Source of the DNA: Paraspadella gotoi
Taxonomy: Eukaryota; Animalia; Chaetognatha
DNA: 9,565 nt
Reading direction: 5' to 3'
Assembly: GCA_051294375.1 (NCBI GenBank)
Contig: JBJCIZ010000366.1
Coordinates: 1-9,565 of the forward strand
Notes under the pieces: generated by a model
Seen by the model: the letters and a program-made list of their open reading frames with translations, nothing else
The model's database searches: none
What the model was told of the DNA's origin: nothing
Program-made: the position numbers and the translations under genes
Shown: in pieces, positions 1 through 6,630 of the stretch
Numbering within the stretch: the stretch's first letter is position 1
Layout: the number at the start of each line of letters is the position of its first letter

Positions 1-343
1 GGTTTCGAGATTTTAAAAATCCAACTCACTTTGAAAAATTGTTGAAGTGTTGAAACAAGCTACTGCGTTTAATCGTTCACGTGTACTTGCCGCTAGCAGG
101 TCCTCGCTACGGTTTCCGACAAAATTTGTTTACACTATATGAAAAATTTGTTTTTAAATTAACAAATTTTAATTTAAACCGTATAAGCCCAATCTTGGCC
201 TCCGTTTCCTCCTGATGTAAATAGAATACCTCCTTTCCCATTTCAGACCGGATATAACCTGTTGGAAAACCGTCAGGGGGTCGAATTGTATTACTACTAA
301 GATGCCTGGCGAAAGGTGGCGTTCGGAGCTCTATTTGGACCAT
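1..343 (-). pseudogene. N-terminal part of a frameshifted, possibly minor-capsid (penton)-like gene; truncated by the window edge
   Basis: ATG at 343 in strong Kozak context (ACACCATGG). ORF 343-107 has FYLHQEETEAKIGLIRFKLKFVNL, which resembles the Polinton minor capsid N-terminal pattern (approx. IEL-GEWEVGLVEIQYP--WYNV). A 1-nt shift near 120 continues as FVGNRSEDLLAASTRERLNAVACFNTSTIFQSELDF, reaching a stop in a homopolymer run ~12 nt from the edge. Confidence 0.4.
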
Positions 344-570
344 GGTGTATTGGTGCTGGAGAAAGAGAAGCGAATTTAATCTTGAAATTGCTCATGGGCG
401 AAGGAAGGAAACGACGCTTCCGTGGCGGAGCGTAGGTGGCTTTGCCGGCGTGTGTCGTCCGTTCGTGTCGTTCGTTCGGTACCGTTCGTCGTCTGTCGTC
501 GCGGGTCGTCGGTGAATTCGACCGGCGTCTGCAAGAATCGAAAGCATCCGGCGAAACGACGTTGATTCTG

Positions 571-660
571 GAGAGGAGGAGAGAAGACAGGAGAAGCAGG
601 AGAGAGAGAGAGAGACGAGTGAGAGAGAGAGGAGAGGAGAAAGAGAGAGAGGAGACGGAG

Positions 661-702
<42 letters not shown>

Positions 703-795
703 GAGACTGAGAGAGAGAAGAGAAAGAAGAGGAGAGAGAGAGAGAGAGTGGAAGAGAAAGAGAGACGAGAGAAAGAGAAGCAGAGAGAGTAAGAA

Positions 796-841
<46 letters not shown>
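571..841. repeat. Imperfect (GA)n / polypurine microsatellite
   Basis: ~270 bp almost entirely A/G with pure (GA)n runs at ~665-700 and ~799-841. Confidence 0.97.
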
Positions 842-844
<3 letters not shown>

Positions 845-879
845 CCGCCGCGGTTGCCGTTGGTTAAAAGTCGGCAATG

Positions 880-1876
880 AATTATGGAAATCTATAAAGT
901 CTTTACGACGCCTTCCTCGCCTGCGACGTTTGCCTTTGTTCCCTTTCGCGTGCTTGGTTTTGATGTTTTTTCATTGAATTTCCTGGTTTTGTGTGTTTGT
1001 GGGTTGTTCTTTTTATTTTAATTTTCCCCCCCCTCCTCCGAGTTTTTTTTTTTCTTTTAATTTACAACGGTTTTCTAAGTACGAATTAAAAAAAAAAAAG
1101 GTCGGGGGAAGAGAACGACGTTTTGTTTATATTTACTTTTTTTTTGATACGAAGCTTTTTCTTTTTTTCTTTTTCTTATTTAAACAAATTCTTTTATTCT
1201 CTTCTCGTTTGTTTATTTGTTTTCATTCCGTCGATTCCCGTTCGATGTCGCTTGGAAGTCGACATTTTCCGATCGTCAAACCAGAAATCCATTTCCACTC
1301 CTTTTCGATTTAATCTTTTTTTTCTTTCCTTTTTTTTCCTTTTTGTTTTAGATAATCCGTTCGTTTTTTTCCGAACTTAAAAAAATTGGAAAAATTTTAA
1401 AAAAAACATTTTTCTGATTAATTGTTTGTCTGTATTTCTTAACTTTAGTCCAGTGTTTTTTTTTTTTTTTTGACATTCTAATCTAGACTATATTTAAATA
1501 ATTTTTTAAAACCCTCTTCCTTTTTTTACCTCTTTACCCCTTACCCTTACCATTTACATCTTTACCCCTTGAAACCCTTACCCCCCATTCCTTATTTTCT
1601 TCCTTCTTTTCTACCTCTTTACCCCTTTACCCCTTTACCCCTTTCCTTTTTTCTCCTTTTTTTACCTACTTTACCTTCTTTACCTTCTTTACTCCTTTCC
1701 TTTTTTTTACCCTTACCCTTTGCCTCCTCTTACCCCTTTCTTTTCTCCTTTTTACCCTCTACCTTTTCCCCTATTTTCATTCTGTTTTAATTTCCTTAGG
1801 AATCCCCTTTTCTTTCGTCGTCGCCTTCCCCTTTAACTGTCAATTCCTTTCGCTCGCCTTCTGTGAGACTTTCCAT
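880..1876 (-). pseudogene. Frameshifted Lys/Glu/Gly-rich hypothetical gene (3' end uncertain)
   Basis: ATG at 1876 in Kozak context TCACCATGG giving MESLTEGERKELTVKGEGDDERKG; then GGTAAA-based low-complexity coding (KEGKEGKVGKK; 1780-1505); then protein-like blocks HWTKVKKYRQTINQKNVFFKIFPIFLSSEKNERII (~1456-1352) and IEKEWKWISGLTIGKCRLPSDIERE (~1310-1236). Frames are broken, largely at homopolymer runs. Confidence 0.4.
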
Positions 1877-1891
1877 GGTGAATGTTGAAAA

Positions 1892-2165
1892 TTAATGAGC
1901 GACGACGACGACGAGGACCACGACGACAGGACGACGATTACGGCGGCGACGACGACAATCGAATGCGATTACGGATTTGACGCTGATGGGAATTTGGCCG
2001 TGAATAACGCTTCACCGGGGAAATGACGACGTAACGACGACCCTGACGGACGAAAATGGACGGAAGAAACCGGCCGGACGATGGGAACCCGACCACGGAC
2101 CGTGACGGGGAACGGAAAATGACCGGGAAAGACAGCGACGGACCGGGACGACCGGACGACGACGG
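1892..2165 (-). pseudogene. Arg/Ser/Pro-rich protamine-like coding segment, frameshifted
   Basis: GC-rich island made of CGT/CGC triplets on the minus strand: RQGRRY..SPVKRYSRPNSHQRQIRNRIR / CRRRRRNRRP / RRGPRRRRRS across 1-nt shifts. It has no ATG of its own and follows directly on the penton-like frame. Confidence 0.4.
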
Positions 2166-3018
2166 TTCTATGACGACAAAAAACAAATATCCCTTGATTG
2201 TGAGCTCTGGGGTTCAAAGGTTCAACCTTTTCCTCGACTAATTGCGCCTTTAAGGAGGAGCATTCATCCTTGTTAATCGTGATAGTTGCATGGAAAACCC
2301 TTGCCCCCTTAACAAACAAATATTCCGAATAAAGCACGTGACTTGTATCAGGTGTGATTAATTTGAAAAAAATTATTTGAAAGAATAAACATGTAGTACT
2401 TTCATTAGTTACAGATATATTCATTAAGGTACAACCACTACAGAGAACAGAAGACGTCCTGATGATGTCAGCAGAAACCGTCAATCTTTTCGGGCTTTTA
2501 AATAGTGGTTATTACCCTATTTGTTTCCTTAAAATTAGAAAAAACTAAACGAAAAACGAGCGAGCGTGAGTCGAGGCGTTTTAGGATAGCAACGAAAAGT
2601 AATATTTCGGAATATTCCTTTTGCACGATTTTAATTAAAAAGAGTTTGAAGCAGGACCCAGTAATTATTGTTAAGAGTGTAGTGACAAAACCGGCTTCAA
2701 TATAAGCCAATATCAGGCTGCTAACACTGTAAAGGCGGGTGTTTTAAAGCGCACCCCGGCCCTCTGGACCTGTGAACTAGACACCCTTTGGGTTGGGAGA
2801 GCGACATGGAATCTAGACCTCTGGCCCCATTGGCACCGCTGACATGAACGTTATTGGGTAGAGTATAATCCACCGATAATGATTATAGTATAGATGTATC
2901 CTTTTTGCGCCAAAACCTCTTTTCACTGGAGGTTTGATTTAAACGATACTACTCCCTCTGGTGATCTGCTGATGTCGCCGAGAACACTAACTTTTTTTCG
3001 TAGTGGCAAACTAATCAT
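2166..3018 (-). pseudogene. Polinton-type minor capsid protein (penton, single jelly-roll)-like gene, ~280 aa, about 6 frameshifts
   Basis: Stitched translation from ATG 3018 (AAAAATG): MISLPLRKKVSVLGDISRSPEGVVSFK/KPPVKRGFGAKRIHLYY/SLSVDYTLPNNVHV...RLDSRSLVFRLVFS.../PLFKSPKRLTVSADIIRTSSV...SHVLYSEYLF...TITINKDECSSLKAQLVEEKVEPLN/PELTIKGYLFFVVIE. The order and spacing of blocks parallel the Polinton mCP pattern (F-VKLP-PI-L..WEVGL; LA-ILGF; LYVYCDII; VPVNK-EI-SIEI-IRD--GEPINF; final beta-strand). It includes track ORFs 2498-2710 and the first ~90 aa of 1969-2484. Confidence 0.55.
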
Positions 3019-3071
3019 TTTTTCTATCAGATAATACTATTGGAGTTTTTCTGAATTACAAAAAAAAGAAC

Positions 3072-3279
3072 GGAGAGCAGAGAGAGGCAAAGAGAGAGAA
3101 GAGAAGAGAGAGAGACGAGAGAGCCGGAAACTCGTTTACTCGGTCGCCCTCGTAACGGTGGAGAAAAAAAAACTTGATACATAAAAAGAGACAGAGAGAG
3201 CCAGAGAGAGCAGAAAGACGAGAGGAGAGGAGAATGAGAGAGAGAGAGAGAGGAGGGGGGTGAGAGAAAGAAAGAGAAG
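3072..3279. repeat. Interrupted (GA)n / polypurine tract
   Basis: Two GA-rich blocks (3072-3123, ~3187-3279) separated by ~60 bp of mixed sequence. Confidence 0.9.
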
Positions 3280-3280
3280 T

Positions 3281-3490
3281 TTTTCCCGCCAAAACGATAC
3301 GCAATATTAGGTCACTCTCGTTTATATCGGTCATTCCGTTGCTCGCAACGGCGGCTAACTTGATCTCGGTCAAGGTTTATATTTTTTTATACACGTAACG
3401 TTCCGTTGCCATCAAAACGCGTTATTAGGTCATGTTCCTCGACATTGTTTGCTCGTTGCCCCGCAACGACCACGAAATCCAGGTCAAGTA
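3281..3490. promoter_or_regulatory. Motif-rich putative promoter/enhancer: two diverged ~116-bp units plus an E2F-consensus site
   Basis: TTTTCCCGCCAAAA at 3281-3294; TATTAGGTCA at 3305 and 3423; CGTTGC-N2/3-GCAACG palindromes at 3337 and 3454; GGTCAAG at 3368 and 3482; minus-strand TATAAA at ~3391, ~3381 and ~3326, oriented toward the gene cassette. Confidence 0.5.
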
Positions 3491-3657
3491 AGTTATTCTT
3501 CACATTTTCTCAAAAAAATCCACGAAAATCTCAGATGTAAATTTGGGATTTTGTATTGAGAAAAAAGCGCGGAATAAAAGGCGATAATAAAAGTTTTTAG
3601 AAGGAAAAAAATAATCAGAATTTTTCAAAAAACGAACGATCACGCAAGAGATCGTCC

Positions 3658-3705
3658 AGAGAGAGAGAGAGAGACAGAGAAAGACACAGAGAGACAAAGC
3701 GAGAC
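3658..3705. repeat. Short (GA)n tract
   Basis: agagagagagagagacagagaaagacacagagagac..., same strand polarity as the two larger tracts. Confidence 0.85.
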
Positions 3706-3989
3706 GACGACGTCACAAAGAAGAAAACCTAAATGTTTATAGAGCCAGGACCCAGACCCAGACGCCAACGCCGAAACAAAATCGAGCCCTGACCGAATTA
3801 CTTTCCAGCAACCTTTTGCAGGGATTTTAGTCACATTTACCATCATTCAGTTTTCTCGAGTAGCACTTATAATTAAAAATGCTAAGCATTGCAATTCGAA
3901 TCATTTTTTATTTAAATAATCAAAAACCTATTAATAAATAATAATATAACAAACCAAATAAGCAAGTATAAAGATTTTCTGCAATTCTC

Positions 3990-4072
3990 TGACCTAAAAA
4001 GTTTTGACCTAAAAAGAGACACTGAAAAAAGTGACACTATTTAAATATGTTTTTCTTAATCCCCCTATTACT
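3990..4072 (-). repeat. Candidate element terminus with short subterminal direct repeats
   Basis: TGACCTAAAAAG twice (3990-4001, 4005-4016) and GACACT twice; ends ...CCCCCTATTACT, i.e. 5'-AGTAATAGGGGG on the minus strand, similar to the AG/(AGT)n termini of Polintons. The partner TIR is not in the window. Confidence 0.3.
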
Positions 4073-4842
4073 ATAAATAAATAAAGATTGATCTTTATTT
4101 ATAAACAAACAATTACATCGGTCAGCTACACATTGCACATTGCGCGTGAGCTGTCACTGTTCGTGATGTTGCTGACGTCGATTAGTAGATACTGGTGGCC
4201 ATACTAAAATTGATATGTAACATAAGGCAATTTTTTCTAAAGTTTTACCTAACACATATTTTATTATTTATGTATTTATATGTTTACTTTATAATGGTTA
4301 TAATATGCATTATAAATACTTGGATAAAAATACCAATAAAATCTAAATCCGCTTCATAGGAGGAGCATCAGGGAGCAAGGGAATCGTCTGCTGAGATGAG
4401 CTCAAATTAATGCGCAAATGTAATCTTGAAATTTTTGTTTCGTTTTTCATATTTAATAATCTGATAAAAAAATTTATAATTGTTCATTAGCTGTTAAAAT
4501 TATTGTTTCATTTCACTAAAAATGAATAAAGAATATTAATCTCGTTTGCCAAATTGCAATTTACCTGGGATATCATTTATAGACCATAGTAGTAGACTCA
4601 ACTTGACTGTGATTCCATGAGCCTCATGATGAGGAGATTAAAACTTTGAGCTTTCTACGTAAAACTTATCTGAGAAAAAATATAAAAGTTTGCTTCTGTT
4701 TCATTTCTTTCATTTCATTCAAATTAAAAAAAATCTGATGTTTGGTGTCCCGTTGACGGAACCCTTTTTTGAGAGGCAGGAGAGGAGGTGAAAACTCGGA
4801 ATCTTCTTTCAGGACACACAGGAAAAAGCGCGTATCTCCTAA

Positions 4843-4899
4843 ATCATAAATCAATCAATTAATCATATCAATCAATCAAAATATTAATTTATCAATCAG
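4843..4899. repeat. Degenerate (ATCA)n microsatellite
   Basis: atcataaatcaatcaattaatcatatcaatcaatcaaa...atcaatcag. Confidence 0.75.
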
Positions 4900-5099
4900 C
4901 ATCGGTTATCATTGTCGTCGTCGCCAAAAGTGTCGTCGTTATTTTTTTCTTGATGAATAGGCCAAAAATGCAAGATCTGATCAAATAATTAACCAGTGGC
5001 GGCACCAAAACATGTAAATCGGTTCAAGGCTTAACTAAACTGTGACTGTAGCACAATAAATATGTTTTTTTAATTGCATCAATTCTTTTACTTATATCA

Positions 5100-5755
5100 T
5101 TTTTTTTAACTTTCATACTTTTTTCAACTTTTTCATTTTTCACCTTTTTCACTTTTTCATTTTTTTCACTTTTTCACTGCATAATTTTTTCAGCTTGCAT
5201 AATTTTTTTCAGCTTGCATAATTTTTTCAGCTTGCATATATTTTTTCAACTTGCATAATTTTTTCAACTTGCATAATTTTTTCAACTTGCATAATTTTTT
5301 TCAACTTGCATAATTTTTTTCATATGCATAATTTTTTTCAACTGCATAATTTTTTAACTTGCATAATTTTTCAACTTGCATAATTTTTTTCAACTGCATC
5401 AATATTTTTTAACTGCATAATTTTTTCAACTTGCATAATTTTTTCAACTGCATAATTTTTTCAACTGCATAATTTTTTTCAACTGCATAATTTTTTAACT
5501 GCATATATTTTTTTTCAACTGCATAATTTTTTCAACTGCATAATTTTTAACTTGCATAATTTTTTCAACGCATTTAATTTTTTCAACTGCATAATTTTTT
5601 ATTTAAATTTGCATAATTTTTCAACTTATTAACTTTTTTTTAACTTCATACTTTTTTTTTAACTTGATTTTTAACTTGCATATTTTTTCAACTTGCACTA
5701 TTTTTAACTTGCATTTACCTTTTTTCAACTTGCATACTTTTTTTTTTAACTTGCT
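5100..5755. repeat. Minisatellite, ~17-20 bp unit, consensus TTTTTTCAACTTGCATAA, roughly 30 copies, preceded by ~9-bp TTTTTCA(C) units
   Basis: GCAT core recurs every ~17-20 bp from 5179 to ~5755; copies are homogeneous in the centre and degenerate at both edges; unit length varies mainly in the T run. Confidence 0.95.
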
Positions 5756-5839
5756 GTTAATAAAAAAATAAAAAGTTTTTAATTAAAAAAAAAAATAATA
5801 TGGAAAAAAAAAAAAAAAAAGACCAAAATTCAAGGGAAA

Positions 5840-5861
5840 GTAAATCGCTAAAGCGATTTAC
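5840..5861. other. Perfect 10-bp inverted repeat (hairpin)
   Basis: GTAAATCGCT-AA-AGCGATTTAC, ~20 bp after a 17-nt A run (5804-5820). Confidence 0.85.
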
Positions 5862-6630
5862 AATTCATTGATTCACTATTTGATTATGCTTTTTTGACAC
5901 TTTTTTCATCGAAGCCCCCCTTGCTGCAGCTCCTGAAGCAGCGGACTCAAGCAGACACACAATACTCGTCTCTTTTGCTGCTTCAATCGTCGCTTTATGC
6001 GTCACTCTTTTGTCGTCGCTCTCATCGTCGCATTTGCTTCCGCGTCATCGGTTTTGTCGATGGTATCAAGATGGAATTCGGGATTTTTTTTAAAAAACGT
6101 TTACACAAGTTGATCACACAACATATTATACTTTAATCATATTAAAAACACCTTTTATCGATTTTGAAATTACTTACAACATCGAGAGATCCCGGTCGAT
6201 TTTTATACTGGCTCCTAATATATGCCAATTAAGCAAAACTTAAGATTCGAAGTTGTCAGATAACGAACTGACGCTCTTTATTTCCGCGTAATTTCCAAAC
6301 GTTTTTTATCATATTGCTATATTATAAAATAAATTAAATTTAGTTTAAAGATTTATAGAATATATGTATTTTAAAATATAAATAGTTACAGTATTCACTA
6401 TACTAATATTTAATAAGACATCAAAAGGCATTTAAACGAAGATACAGAGCTACGAATGCCTTTCTACCACAAATGAGGAATTCCTCGAATACATGTATGA
6501 TTTTGCATAAAATAGTAGAATTAACCTGATTTTCTTGGGGCTTAAAATCCTTAATTACATAAAATAAACTTTTATAATTGGCTATTAATTTTCATCGTCT
6601 TAATTTTACCGTTATAGTGCATTTAACTAA

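Larger units (their letters stand above)
1..4072 (-). mobile_element. Terminal portion of a putative Polinton/Maverick-like (adintovirus-like) endogenous viral element, continuing off the left edge
   Basis: Co-directional minus-strand reading frames including two penton-like sequences and a basic Arg-rich segment; ~1 kb non-coding motif-rich flank (repeated GGTCA/TGACC); candidate 5'-AGTAATAG terminus at 4072. No hallmark enzyme gene is in the window, so the class is inferred. Confidence 0.5.

Noticed and set aside
392-877. ORFs 392-877 (-, SLSLSL) and 436-792 (+, RERERE)
   Set aside because: Stop-free translations of the (GA)n microsatellite with no real domain content.
1525-1770. TTACCC/TTTACCCC repeats as telomere-like sequence
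   Set aside because: They do not match TTAGGG or TTAGG, spacing is irregular, and they are better explained as Gly-Lys codons (GGT AAA) on the minus strand.
993-1790. Plus-strand Phe/Leu/Pro-rich ORFs 993-1313, 1123-1380 and 1569-1790, which look like membrane proteins
   Set aside because: Non-ATG starts and antisense shadows of the A/G-rich minus-strand frame; the hydrophobicity comes from T runs.
1895-2241. Plus-strand acidic ORF (MSDDDDEDHDD...DYGFDADGNLAVNNASPG; track ORF 2056-2241)
   Set aside because: Disfavoured, not excluded: it would start 19 bp from a divergent ATG, overlap the penton-like C-terminus in antisense, and require almost pure C at wobble positions, whereas GAC/GGC variation is synonymous for Arg on the minus strand.
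2505-2705. Plus-strand 66-aa ORF
   Set aside because: Antisense to the penton-like frame, non-ATG start, no recognisable motif.
3056-3846. ORFs 3056-3373, 3500-3697 and 3640-3846 (-)
   Set aside because: They run through GA microsatellites and the motif-rich non-coding region; low complexity and no family resemblance.
5177-5755. CRISPR array
   Set aside because: Units are head-to-tail with no unique spacers, there are no cas genes, and the context is eukaryotic.
4994-5935. hAT-like MITE bounded by CAGTGGCGGCACCAA (4994) and TTGCTGCAGCTCCTG (5935) enclosing the minisatellite
   Set aside because: The ends match at only 11/15 positions and the 8-bp flanks (TAATTAAC vs AAGCAGCG) are not a target-site duplication.
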